In this document: positions 19,132 through 28,060 of the stretch, one piece after another
Layout: each line of letters starts with the position of its first letter
Numbering within the stretch: position 1 is the first letter of the stretch
Virus record (IMG/VR): IMGVR_UViG_3300005323_000038
From: an uncultured virus (IMG/VR IMGVR_UViG_3300005323_000038)
Lineage: Duplodnaviria > Heunggongvirae > Uroviricota > Caudoviricetes
Reading direction: 5' to 3' (one strand)
Length of the DNA stretch: 64,000 bases
Position numbers and translations under genes: made by a program
The notes under the pieces: generated by a model
Databases searched by the model: none
What the model saw: only the letters and a program-made list of their open reading frames with translations
What the model was told of the DNA's origin: nothing

Positions 19132-19821
19132 ATGAAGAATTTACTAATATTTGCAATATCAAGTGATCTTCCACAAGAAGGAAAGAGTACCGCCGCAATG
19201 GCGATAAAAAACAATGATGGTATTTTAGATTTAGAAGAGCAAACTTTATACAAATGTAATTCTAAAATTTTGTCATTAGCTAATGCATTGAAGAAAGATG
19301 TATGCAATAAGTTTAATCTTGATGAACAGAAAATGTTTAATGATGAACAATATAAATGCGAGAATAGGCATTATTTAATTAAACACGGGCAAGATGAAAG
19401 AAAGATAGATAAAGATGTATGGGTTAAAAAACTATCAGATGAAATTGATAAAAATATAGGATTTGATTATTTAACGGTAATATCAATCCCTGATTTAAGA
19501 TTTGTTAATGAATTAGACTACTTAATTTCAAAATATGGCAAAGAGTCAGTAATTCATATTCATATATCTGTATCTGATATTGTCATGAAAGAAAGAAAAG
19601 GCTGGAATAGTAAAGAGTTTTTTGATTGGCTTAATTTACAAAATGATAAAAGTGAAAAGGATTTTATCCTTGGGAAAACGATAGGGTTTCGCTTTGCAGA
19701 TTTATTGATTCAGCCAGATTATATTGTTACCAACAATCGCTCAAAGAAAGTCTTTGAAGATCAAATAATAGCTATTGTTGAAAATGAGATAGTAAATATG
19801 TATAAAAATGGAGGCAAATAA
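19132..19821 (+). CDS. Deoxynucleoside monophosphate kinase-like P-loop protein
   Basis: GKST, LANALK, G...R..D.DVW, IPDLRF.NE, SE motif. Confidence 0.8.
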   Translation: MKNLLIFAISSDLPQEGKSTAAMAIKNNDGILDLEEQTLYKCNSKILSLANALKKDVCNKFNLDEQKMFNDEQYKCENRHYLIKHGQDERKIDKDVWVKKLSDEIDKNIGFDYLTVISIPDLRFVNELDYLISKYGKESVIHIHISVSDIVMKERKGWNSKEFFDWLNLQNDKSEKDFILGKTIGFRFADLLIQPDYIVTNNRSKKVFEDQIIAIVENEIVNMYKNGGK

Positions 19822-19830
19822 TAGAAGATT

Positions 19831-20352
19831 ATGAAAGAAAAAGCAGAGATCAATTTTAAAGATTTAAGCGATAGAGAAAAACAGGCCATAGTCGATACAG
19901 GAAATCATTCAAGAGATGTTGGTCATATACTTGATATAATTATATCTGAATTAAAAGAAAAATCAACTTCTCATGATTTTTCTAAAATGAAGAATCCTGA
20001 ATTTGATATGTTTGTTGATTTTCTAAAAGATATAACAAAGTATAAATTTGGTTCAAAAGAATATAACGAATATATTGAATCAAATCAATATTGCAAACAT
20101 CATTTTAAATATAATGACCATCATCCAGAGCATTTTAAAAACGGCGTTCATGATATGAATTTAGTAAACATAGCCGAAATGTTTGCAGATTGGGTGGCGG
20201 CATCGGCGAAGAGAAGCGATTGCTCAAAAGAAAAAATAGTTGAAAACATAATAAAACTCTGTGAAAAGTTTAAAATGGGTATTTTATTAACACAAATATT
20301 TATAAATACAGTTGATTTGGTCCTTAACAAAACAAATGAAATTCGCCGTTAG
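19831..20352 (+). CDS. DUF5662-like HD-fold protein
   Basis: HDFSK, HHF..NDHHPEH, M.L....EMFADW.AA. Confidence 0.75.
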   Translation: MKEKAEINFKDLSDREKQAIVDTGNHSRDVGHILDIIISELKEKSTSHDFSKMKNPEFDMFVDFLKDITKYKFGSKEYNEYIESNQYCKHHFKYNDHHPEHFKNGVHDMNLVNIAEMFADWVAASAKRSDCSKEKIVENIIKLCEKFKMGILLTQIFINTVDLVLNKTNEIRR

Positions 20353-20353
20353 T

Positions 20354-20480
20354 GATAAACTTTATAGATAGGTACAATCTTGTATTGAACTTGATTTATA
20401 AGTAGTTTATCCAGGCTTCCTGAATATTGAACTTGCGAGGTAGGTGTAAACTTTGTTTTATACTTTTATCTCGTAGGTTT
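20354..20480 (+). ncRNA. Candidate structured RNA (two long hairpins with a short hairpin between them)
   Basis: Hand-folded stems 20354-20411 and 20429-20480 with many G-U pairs on the + strand; loops CUUGU and CUUUGU. Confidence 0.5.
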
Positions 20481-20513
20481 AAGAAAAGGAAATATTTTTA
20501 ATAAGGAGGTTTC

Positions 20514-20834
20514 ATGAAGACATTAGATGTAGAACATAAAGAAAACGGATTTTTAAAGAATCCTTGTCCACATGGACTTTATCCTTGCGTTGGGTCAGAT
20601 CTATGCACAGAATGCCAGCATTTTATAAAATTAAATGATAATGGATATAACGGTAGTTCGATAGTTTGCGATTATCCATATATTCGAAGCAAGAGAGATA
20701 AACGAAAAGAAGTCGAATTAAGCGACGATAAAAAGAAAATTTTGAAGAAATTTTTTGATAAAATCTGCGACCAAAAAAATATTGATCAAGATATACAAAA
20801 AATTCTTAACGATAATTTTTGGGAGTTGTTATAA
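20514..20834 (+). CDS. Cys-rich hypothetical protein
   Basis: AAGGAGGT SD; CPH..C.GS..C..C. Confidence 0.7.
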   Translation: MKTLDVEHKENGFLKNPCPHGLYPCVGSDLCTECQHFIKLNDNGYNGSSIVCDYPYIRSKRDKRKEVELSDDKKKILKKFFDKICDQKNIDQDIQKILNDNFWELL

Positions 20835-20835
20835 A

Positions 20836-21039
20836 ATGGAAATTAATTTGTTTAAAATGGGCTGCTCTAACTTAACTTTTATTAATAAAAATTTTTATTG
20901 TAGATTATGGGAAGATTATTGGGAAATGATTAAAGCGGAGGCTAATTCTATAAACGATATTGAAATTATTGATGGGAAATACATAGCAATATTAAAAAGT
21001 AAACAAAATAGGCAATTTAATTCGGTAGAGCATTTTTAA
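20836..21039 (+). CDS. Hypothetical protein
   Basis: ATG one base after the upstream stop. Confidence 0.5.
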   Translation: MEINLFKMGCSNLTFINKNFYCRLWEDYWEMIKAEANSINDIEIIDGKYIAILKSKQNRQFNSVEHF

Positions 21040-21153
21040 TTATGAACCAAAATTATTTATCCCTCATTGGATCAGAGGGAGGATTTAAAAAAGGATTATG
21101 TGAGTATGTTAAAAGAACTTGGAAGATATTATGGATTATTATAAAGGGGTATT

Positions 21154-21327
21154 ATGAAATATTGTAAAATTTGTGGAAATTCGATGAAGGATAATATATT
21201 GACAGGAATTTGCAATGAATGTTGGGGAGAAACATGTAGAAAAATGCATAAAGAACAAGAATTAGAAGCTGCAAAGAAAAGATTAGAAATAAAAAGAAAA
21301 AATCGATTAGATAAAGAAAGGATATAA
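21154..21327 (+). CDS. Small Zn-finger-like protein (not in ORF track)
   Basis: MKYCKICG...CNEC; AAGGGG SD. Confidence 0.55.
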   Translation: MKYCKICGNSMKDNILTGICNECWGETCRKMHKEQELEAAKKRLEIKRKNRLDKERI

Positions 21328-21331
21328 TTTT

Positions 21332-21523
21332 ATGGAATATGTTTTAAAAACAAAATGTAAGTGTGGAGGAATCGTTGTAGTAATGCCATGTAAAGAAGTA
21401 AATGGACTTACAGAAGAATTTGTTTCACATGGGATATGTATTGAATGTTTAACAAATATTTGTCTACCGGCTGAATTATATTGGCCTTTTGTAAGGAAAT
21501 ATTGCTATGCAAAAGAAATGTAA
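21332..21523 (+). CDS. Small Cys-rich hypothetical protein
   Basis: CKCGG...CIEC. Confidence 0.55.
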   Translation: MEYVLKTKCKCGGIVVVMPCKEVNGLTEEFVSHGICIECLTNICLPAELYWPFVRKYCYAKEM

Positions 21524-21540
21524 ATTAAAATATAAAAGGG

Positions 21541-21819
21541 ATGATAAATATGATAAGAGAAAAAATAACATACGAAGTTAAATGTTCAAGATGCAATGCA
21601 TCTATAGGAACAGACATGACAAAAGCAGAGATAAATAAAGTAAAAGAGCCATTGAGTATTGACGAGGGGTGCGCGGCTGATTGCAGAGTTTTGTTTAAAA
21701 TAACGATAGAGCATAACTCTTATGGATCTTCGTATAACCAGTCATACCTTTGCGATAAATGTAAAATAATTGCATTAAAAGGAGCGCTTAAAATATTAGA
21801 ATCAAAAATCAACAATTGA
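21541..21819 (+). CDS. Small Zn-finger-like protein
   Basis: CSRC...CDKC. Confidence 0.6.
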   Translation: MINMIREKITYEVKCSRCNASIGTDMTKAEINKVKEPLSIDEGCAADCRVLFKITIEHNSYGSSYNQSYLCDKCKIIALKGALKILESKINN

Positions 21820-21844
21820 AACAATAACCAAAGTATGATATACT
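21816..21844 (+). promoter_or_regulatory. Sigma70-type promoter, extended -10
   Basis: TTGAAA-17-TATACT with TGn. Confidence 0.65.
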
Positions 21845-21910
21845 GTATAAACTTTTGTGCATCGGAGGCATAAATATGAATAAAATTAATATAAGAGGCG
21901 AGTGATTTAA

Positions 21911-22345
21911 TTGTTAGAAATAATATTAGCAATACTTATTTTGCTTTTCCCAAACTTTTCAATAGTCGAAGGTTCTATTCCATGTAAAATTTATCGGCCA
22001 CTAAAACCGATAATCGTAAAAGAAATAAATAATATCAAAGCATTTGGATTCTATCCATATACAGCAAGCAAACATGAAAAACATATCGAAGGTTCAAAGA
22101 AAGATAAATTCGGCAATCCTGTCAGGACAATGCAATGTAATTATAAATACATTACGGTTGCAGTCGATAAAAAAGTAATTCCGCTTAAAACATATTTTCA
22201 TATAAAAGAATTTCCTGGTAAACTTTTTTACGCTTGCGATGTCGGAAGTAAGATAAAAGGTAAGAGAATTGATATTGCAGTATGGGATAAGAAAATTGCA
22301 TGGGAATTGCCAAAATATGTAACTATTCAAATAATAAGGATGTAA
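21911..22345 (+). CDS. 3D-domain (MltA-like) secreted protein
   Basis: Signal-like N-terminus; VAVD..VIPL, DVGSKIKGKRIDI. Confidence 0.8.
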   Translation: MLEIILAILILLFPNFSIVEGSIPCKIYRPLKPIIVKEINNIKAFGFYPYTASKHEKHIEGSKKDKFGNPVRTMQCNYKYITVAVDKKVIPLKTYFHIKEFPGKLFYACDVGSKIKGKRIDIAVWDKKIAWELPKYVTIQIIRM

Positions 22346-22350
22346 TTATT

Positions 22351-22542
22351 ATGAAGCTTTATTCTGCTGGCTATTTAGACCCTGACTGCTATTCTGAAAG
22401 AGAATATTTTATGAACTATGAGAATGCCTTGAAACATCTTGAAAAACTTAAAATAGAACAAGAAACAAATAGTGATATCTTCAGGATCGACCCTGAACCA
22501 AGAGAGATAATGTTTAGCGATGATAAATATGAAAGTAGGTAA
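22351..22542 (+). CDS. Small acidic hypothetical protein (paralog of 17328-17534)
   Basis: MKLYSAGYLDPDC...FSDD. Confidence 0.7.
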   Translation: MKLYSAGYLDPDCYSEREYFMNYENALKHLEKLKIEQETNSDIFRIDPEPREIMFSDDKYESR

Positions 22543-22725
22543 AAAATGATAGTTGCAATTAAAATAGAAGATTTGTTAAATAACCCAAATCCTAAAGACG
22601 ATAATGAAATAGACAAGTTGGCGTATCCAAAACCAAGTTGGCAAAACGAATCTTTAATAGAAATATATCCAAAAATAATTAAGGAGATTTAAAATGATTA
22701 ATAAATATATGGAAGAAGGGAATCA

Positions 22726-23427
22726 ATGGATAATTTCAATATAAACATTTTTTTAAAATGTTTTTGTTTTGCATTTATATTACTTTTAATAATTAAAGAT
22801 AGACGAAACAGTTGTAAAAATATAGATTCAAGTTTAACAAAAAAAGAAGTAGAAGATATGATAAAGTTTCATGTTAAGTGGCAAGAATCCAATAAAGATT
22901 GGAAACATTTACATGAAGATTATCGCCTTGATTTAAGCTATATGATAATAAAAGATGTTGACTTTGGGTTAAACGAAGAGGTTATATCATTAAATGATCC
23001 AATTTTTAAAAATACTACATTTATTGATTGCAAATTTGAATTTCGTTCTAAAAATGGAGATTGGGAACCTGGATTAAAAGCCCAAAGTATTGTAAAATCA
23101 AAATTTGTAAATTGCCAATTTATAGATATAGATATTAATAGTTCGATAATAGATTGCGTTTTCAATAACTGTTCTTTTTATCAATGTTATCTAAATGGTG
23201 AAAAAATGACGGGAACTATTTTTGAAAATTGCAATATGGGAATTAGAAAGATAAATTTTGACAAAATTGTTTCATGCGATTTTATTGAATCTTGTTTAAG
23301 CGCAAATGCAAAAATTTTAGGTGAAATTAAAGACTGTAAAGTTTTCAAAAAAGAACTAACCGACTTAGAAGAACATAATGAAAAAGAAAGAAAAAGAACT
23401 AACAAAAATTGGACATACGATCATTAA
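22726..23427 (+). CDS. Membrane-anchored pentapeptide-repeat-like protein
   Basis: N-terminal hydrophobic segment; HVKW then repeated F.NC.F/F.DC.F. Confidence 0.65.
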   Translation: MDNFNINIFLKCFCFAFILLLIIKDRRNSCKNIDSSLTKKEVEDMIKFHVKWQESNKDWKHLHEDYRLDLSYMIIKDVDFGLNEEVISLNDPIFKNTTFIDCKFEFRSKNGDWEPGLKAQSIVKSKFVNCQFIDIDINSSIIDCVFNNCSFYQCYLNGEKMTGTIFENCNMGIRKINFDKIVSCDFIESCLSANAKILGEIKDCKVFKKELTDLEEHNEKERKRTNKNWTYDH

Positions 23428-23453
23428 AAATATAAATAATATTTAATATCCTC

Positions 23454-23482
23454 TTGACATTTGAAATAAAATAGTATATACT
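23454..23482 (+). promoter_or_regulatory. Sigma70-type promoter with palindrome over -10
   Basis: TTGACA-17-TATACT; AGTATATACT palindrome. Confidence 0.85.
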
Positions 23483-23507
23483 TTAAAACATAGGGAGGTG
23501 AAAACCT

Positions 23508-23687
23508 TTGAAGATCCCAAAAAAAAGAGTGCTTATAACACTTAATAAACAAATACATTCCAATGGCAAGAAAAGGTCGAAGAAATTAAATTATTCCTTT
23601 AGCAACTTTGTAGAAACCTTAATCGATTATGAAATAGCAAATCCAAGGCTCGCTGAAATAAAAATAAGAAAAAAGAGAAAGATATGA
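23508..23687 (+). CDS. Ribbon-helix-helix DNA-binding protein (59 aa, not in ORF track)
   Basis: GGAGGTG SD, TTG start; KKRVLITL strand followed by helices ...NYSFSNFVETLID; ATGA overlap with the next gene. Confidence 0.65.
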   Translation: MKIPKKRVLITLNKQIHSNGKKRSKKLNYSFSNFVETLIDYEIANPRLAEIKIRKKRKI

Positions 23688-25534
23688 GAATAACAACTTA
23701 TCAAAAACATAGAATGTTAGCAGTTATAAAGAATACTAAAAGCAATTCTTTTTACGATGATAGAGTTATCGCAGAAAGCATATTAAAAGCTGAATGCAAT
23801 ATATACAATCGTAATTTCAAAAGACATAATAGGAACCTTACGATACTTTCTTCGATGCCAATATCATTTGAAAAAAGACATCGCTTTAAAGTAAAATTTA
23901 TAAATATTAATGACTTAAAAAATGGTTTTGATACTTTTGCAAACATCAACAAAACAGATTTTCATCATGTTATTTTCTTTGAGCCAACGGTTAATGAATT
24001 AAAACTATTAAGAAAAGATTCTAATGTTGCAATAATCTTTACTGTATCTCATTTCTGCGTTCCAAAAGATAAGATTGAAGACTTTGGACGTAAAATGATA
24101 AATGAATATAACTTACAATATTGCATCATCAGATATAGGAACGAATCGTTTAGAATGTATGCTATATGCAAAGATGATAGGAAAGTAAAGCTATTTGTAA
24201 TAAATGACATAGAACAGCTTTCTTTCTTGATAAATAACGATTGGTTTGGCAGAAAGACAGAAATAAAATATTCTGATGTTTCTGTGCCTGGCTCAGATAA
24301 AATATACAAAGAGATCCTTGATAAAGTTGAACCTTATTTCCTTCATATAAAAACATTTAAGGATATCGAAATTGGATATTTATTCTCTGGGGATCTTATA
24401 TTGAATCTTAAAAGCGATATACAGAAATATTCTATATTTAAAAATATCCTGGCAAAAGACACATACAAAAACAACTATGTAGTATGCTCAACGATTCCAA
24501 AAGGAAACTTCATTTCGTCTAATGCTTTTGATATTACAAATATAATAAGTTCCTTGAGGGTAAGCACAGAGTCATTATTGTTTTATCGTAAACCAATATT
24601 CTTTGTCTTTGTGCCAGCTGAAGTAAATTATATCGCTTGTCCAAATGTAGTTAAGTATTTTCATTCAAATCGAGTTATGTCTGAAGTTTTCTCAAACAAA
24701 GAGTATGTAGAATTTGAACAAAAACCATATCATATTATTTATCATGAAAATATTGGATATTATATTTTATCATGCGATATTAAGGCTATAGAGATAGGGT
24801 TAAAGGAATTGTCGATATCTTTTATCTCCGAGCATAAAAAATTAACTACAGACGTTGCTATAAAGGCTATAGAAGAAATTACAACATATAATGGCAAGGT
24901 CAAAAAGAATACTTCTCTGGAGTTTAAAAATCTTCCATTATCATTGTCAAAAGAATTTCTTAAGTATATCAAAAACGATAGAGCAAATAGTGATATTCTT
25001 TTTTACGGCCAGAATTCATATTATCTTTCAGAGCATTTTAGATTTGAACAATATCGCCATAAATTGACAATATACAATGATGTTGATGCTATGGCAGAAC
25101 TTAAAAGCCATAAGAAAGAAGATCGTTTGTTGTTGTCATTTGGAAATAAAAAGTTTGAGAAAGTCGTTCTTTTTAATTATTTTGATTACGTTGGATTATC
25201 GAAAGATCAATTCCTTGGACTGATAAAAATGTTCCATAAGGTTTTAAGACCGGATGGAGAAATCGTATTTAATTGTTTTGATTTTGAAAACTTTGGTAAT
25301 TTGAAGCAAGTTAAATATACTTTTCCAAAATATTCTGGTCATATCGAGAGAACTCAGGTAGAGGATAAAGCAATGCTTAAAATAAACTACAAGAATATTT
25401 TCTATATATCTGAGCATACATATATCTCTAAAAACTTGATTAGCTTACTTGAAGAAAACTTTGAAGTTTCGAAAGAATTATATGGTAATGTAATTGCCAT
25501 ATATAAATTAAAAAAGAAAGGCGCGAGTTTGTAA
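23684..25534 (+). CDS. Large hypothetical protein with C-terminal methyltransferase-like region
   Basis: FEKVVLFNYFDY...FHKVLRPDGEIVF resembles class I MTase strands; no clear GxG motif. Confidence 0.55.
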   Translation: MRITTYQKHRMLAVIKNTKSNSFYDDRVIAESILKAECNIYNRNFKRHNRNLTILSSMPISFEKRHRFKVKFININDLKNGFDTFANINKTDFHHVIFFEPTVNELKLLRKDSNVAIIFTVSHFCVPKDKIEDFGRKMINEYNLQYCIIRYRNESFRMYAICKDDRKVKLFVINDIEQLSFLINNDWFGRKTEIKYSDVSVPGSDKIYKEILDKVEPYFLHIKTFKDIEIGYLFSGDLILNLKSDIQKYSIFKNILAKDTYKNNYVVCSTIPKGNFISSNAFDITNIISSLRVSTESLLFYRKPIFFVFVPAEVNYIACPNVVKYFHSNRVMSEVFSNKEYVEFEQKPYHIIYHENIGYYILSCDIKAIEIGLKELSISFISEHKKLTTDVAIKAIEEITTYNGKVKKNTSLEFKNLPLSLSKEFLKYIKNDRANSDILFYGQNSYYLSEHFRFEQYRHKLTIYNDVDAMAELKSHKKEDRLLLSFGNKKFEKVVLFNYFDYVGLSKDQFLGLIKMFHKVLRPDGEIVFNCFDFENFGNLKQVKYTFPKYSGHIERTQVEDKAMLKINYKNIFYISEHTYISKNLISLLEENFEVSKELYGNVIAIYKLKKKGASL

Positions 25535-25827
25535 TGGGTAATTTATTTTTTAAAGATGGAAAACCATATTATACCAATGAAGCAGAGGTTAAGTGTCAGA
25601 GTGGTGGTAAGAGCTGTGTTGTTGAAATAGAGGCAGATGTAACGGAGATAATAAATGCGTGTAAAGAGATTTTGAGAGGCAAAGGCAACGATTGGACTTT
25701 GGAAGAATATAGTTTGGCAAGGCAGATTTCATACAACTGGACAAAGATGAGCGAAACGGCAAAAAAACTTGGAATAAAAACGGCAAGATTTGGTAAAGTA
25801 AATGAAAATAAAGAAGAAGTAAAATAA
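25534..25827 (+). CDS. Hypothetical protein
   Basis: TAATG overlap; 97 aa. Confidence 0.65.
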   Translation: MGNLFFKDGKPYYTNEAEVKCQSGGKSCVVEIEADVTEIINACKEILRGKGNDWTLEEYSLARQISYNWTKMSETAKKLGIKTARFGKVNENKEEVK

Positions 25828-25879
25828 ATTTAAAAATAAATTTAATTGTTTATAGCAAATAATTTTCAATAATAATATC

Positions 25880-25908
25880 TTGACAGCAGAAAAATAATAT
25901 GATATAAT
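25880..25908 (+). promoter_or_regulatory. Consensus sigma70 promoter, extended -10
   Basis: TTGACA-17-TATAAT with TGn; AT-rich upstream. Confidence 0.85.
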
Positions 25909-25915
25909 TTGAGAG

Positions 25916-26104
25916 GTGGATATGGGAAGGCGAAAAATAAATAAAGGTGAGAAAAGATATGTTTTATCATGTTATTTGTCGCCATTAGAAGTTCAAATGT
26001 TAGATGAAATAGCAGAAAAACAAGATAGGTCAAGAAGCAACGTAATCGAAAGAGCAGTAATAGAATTTATAAAAGATAATTCTGATAAAGATAAAAATAA
26101 TTAA
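25916..26104 (+). CDS. CopG-like ribbon-helix-helix regulator
   Basis: VLSCYL...LDEIAEKQDRSRSNVIERAV. Confidence 0.85.
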   Translation: MDMGRRKINKGEKRYVLSCYLSPLEVQMLDEIAEKQDRSRSNVIERAVIEFIKDNSDKDKNN

Positions 26105-26119
26105 AAAGCGAGGAAATAA

Positions 26120-26157
26120 AAAAGAGCCGTTAATGGGCGGTAAACCCCGGCTCTTTT
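26120..26157. terminator. Hairpin between the RHH and primase-like genes (terminator/attenuator)
   Basis: AAAAGAGCCG...CGGCTCTTTT 10-bp inverted repeat. Confidence 0.6.
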
Positions 26158-26170
26158 CTAAAACCATATT

Positions 26171-28057
26171 ATGAATTTAATTATAACAAAAACTGAAAAT
26201 AAAGTCAACTACTTATATAAATTCTTTTCAAATTTTTACAAAGAAAATGAAGAACTTACCATCTATTATGGATTAGATAGCGCACCATTAAATCATAATG
26301 GAAAGAAAACTATACTCAATAAAAAAATAAGATTAAATAAGAAAGATATATTAGATTTACTTTATTTTCTTGAGCCATATCAACAAAAGGGATATGGAGT
26401 GTTCTTTACTCCAAACGCTATAAAAGGATATTCAAGAGGTAAATCTGGAGTAACAAGAGTTTCTTGTTTATTTGCTGATTTCGATATTAAAGACTTATCT
26501 TCATCTGAGCGTAGGATTAAAAAGACAGAAATAATGAATTGCCTTTCTAAAGCAAAACTTACTCCTTCAAAAATTGTAGAAACATGTCATGGGCTTCATT
26601 GTTATTGGTTTAATAATGAAGTATCAGTTGATATGTTTTACGAACGCCAGAATGGATTTTATAACTACCTTGAGCAGAAAGTTCTTCCAAAAGGAATAGT
26701 ATGTGATCCACAGGCTAAATCTATAAATAATCTTTTAAGAGTTCCAACATTCTTTCATGTAAAAGATATGAATAGTCCATTTCTAATTTCTGAGATAGTA
26801 TCAAATGATAAATTCTTCTCACTTTCAGAACTAAAGACAGAAAAATGCGTTAAAGAACAATCAAAGAGTTCTAAAATAGGATCTTGTGACGATAAACGAG
26901 CGAACATAAACCCTACAGAAAGAGAGAAGAAAGAAGAGAGCCAACACCCTATATCCCTATCTCATATCATCGATAATATTCGTATACCTGAAACGTATTT
27001 CAACAAAGAACTCAAAGTTAATTTATTTGACGGGAAAGACTTCTTTTATTTTCTTTCTGAATATGACTTAAGAGACATTTTAAATATTAGACATGGCAAA
27101 GAAAAACAGACTTATTGCCGTTGCCCATTTCATGATGATGCTAATGCAAGTGCAATCATATCTCAGAATGATAATGGCAAATGGGCCATTTATTGCTTTT
27201 CTTCTAATTGTCCAGAAGGTGGAAAATATCTTAAAGTTATCGATGTCCTAAAAAAATCTCTCAACATAAACAATGATAAACAACTTACAAAAATACTCTG
27301 TGAAAAACTTAATGTTTCGTTGAATAAACGACACTCCGAATTTGTTACCTCAAGAATAAAAAATAATAAATATCAAATAAAAAATCTTGGTAGATATCCA
27401 CATCTTCGTTCTATTGCTACGGACGATGTAATGCGGATATTTTATTTTATCCTGGATAAATTCAAAAAGCACTCCACCTCAAACGATTACTTACTTGTTG
27501 ATGGTAATCCATGTATATTCCAGGGAATGTCAAATATTTCAAAAGAAACGGGAATTGATATCGACAAAGCAAACAAGATCGTAAACCTTCTTTGCCTCTT
27601 GAAGTTTTTCAAGAAAATATCCTTTAAGAAAATCCCAAAGCAATTTGTACCTAAAACGATAAATGGTTCAAAATACGATACACAAATCACATATTTATCG
27701 TTACCAGATTATACAAAATATTTCAAGAAAGAAGCAAATGAAGACGCTTATTTTTTAATCCAGAACGGAGTTAAGTCCTATAACTTTGTCTCAAAGAAAA
27801 ACGTATTAAATAAACTTGGAAAGAATTATTTTAACAGATGTTTTTCAGATAGCAATTGGTCTATTTCAATTCATGTAGAAGCAGAATTAACCTATGAAAC
27901 AATGTCAACATATAAATGCAATGAAGGCTTTATAGACTTTTCAAAAGATATAACGCCAACTGTGAAATTAACCCCTCCGAATAGAAAACCTCGCGGTAGT
28001 TCATTAATATCATTTTTAAAGAAAAATATCGAAATAGATTTTGGGAGAAAGGAATAA
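26171..28057 (+). CDS. RepB/AEP-like primase with CHC2-type Zn finger (replication initiator candidate)
   Basis: GVFFTPN, FADFD, VETCHGLHCYW, LRVP; central CPFHDD...YCFSSNC. Confidence 0.75.
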   Translation: MNLIITKTENKVNYLYKFFSNFYKENEELTIYYGLDSAPLNHNGKKTILNKKIRLNKKDILDLLYFLEPYQQKGYGVFFTPNAIKGYSRGKSGVTRVSCLFADFDIKDLSSSERRIKKTEIMNCLSKAKLTPSKIVETCHGLHCYWFNNEVSVDMFYERQNGFYNYLEQKVLPKGIVCDPQAKSINNLLRVPTFFHVKDMNSPFLISEIVSNDKFFSLSELKTEKCVKEQSKSSKIGSCDDKRANINPTEREKKEESQHPISLSHIIDNIRIPETYFNKELKVNLFDGKDFFYFLSEYDLRDILNIRHGKEKQTYCRCPFHDDANASAIISQNDNGKWAIYCFSSNCPEGGKYLKVIDVLKKSLNINNDKQLTKILCEKLNVSLNKRHSEFVTSRIKNNKYQIKNLGRYPHLRSIATDDVMRIFYFILDKFKKHSTSNDYLLVDGNPCIFQGMSNISKETGIDIDKANKIVNLLCLLKFFKKISFKKIPKQFVPKTINGSKYDTQITYLSLPDYTKYFKKEANEDAYFLIQNGVKSYNFVSKKNVLNKLGKNYFNRCFSDSNWSISIHVEAELTYETMSTYKCNEGFIDFSKDITPTVKLTPPNRKPRGSSLISFLKKNIEIDFGRKE

Positions 28058-28060
28058 AAT

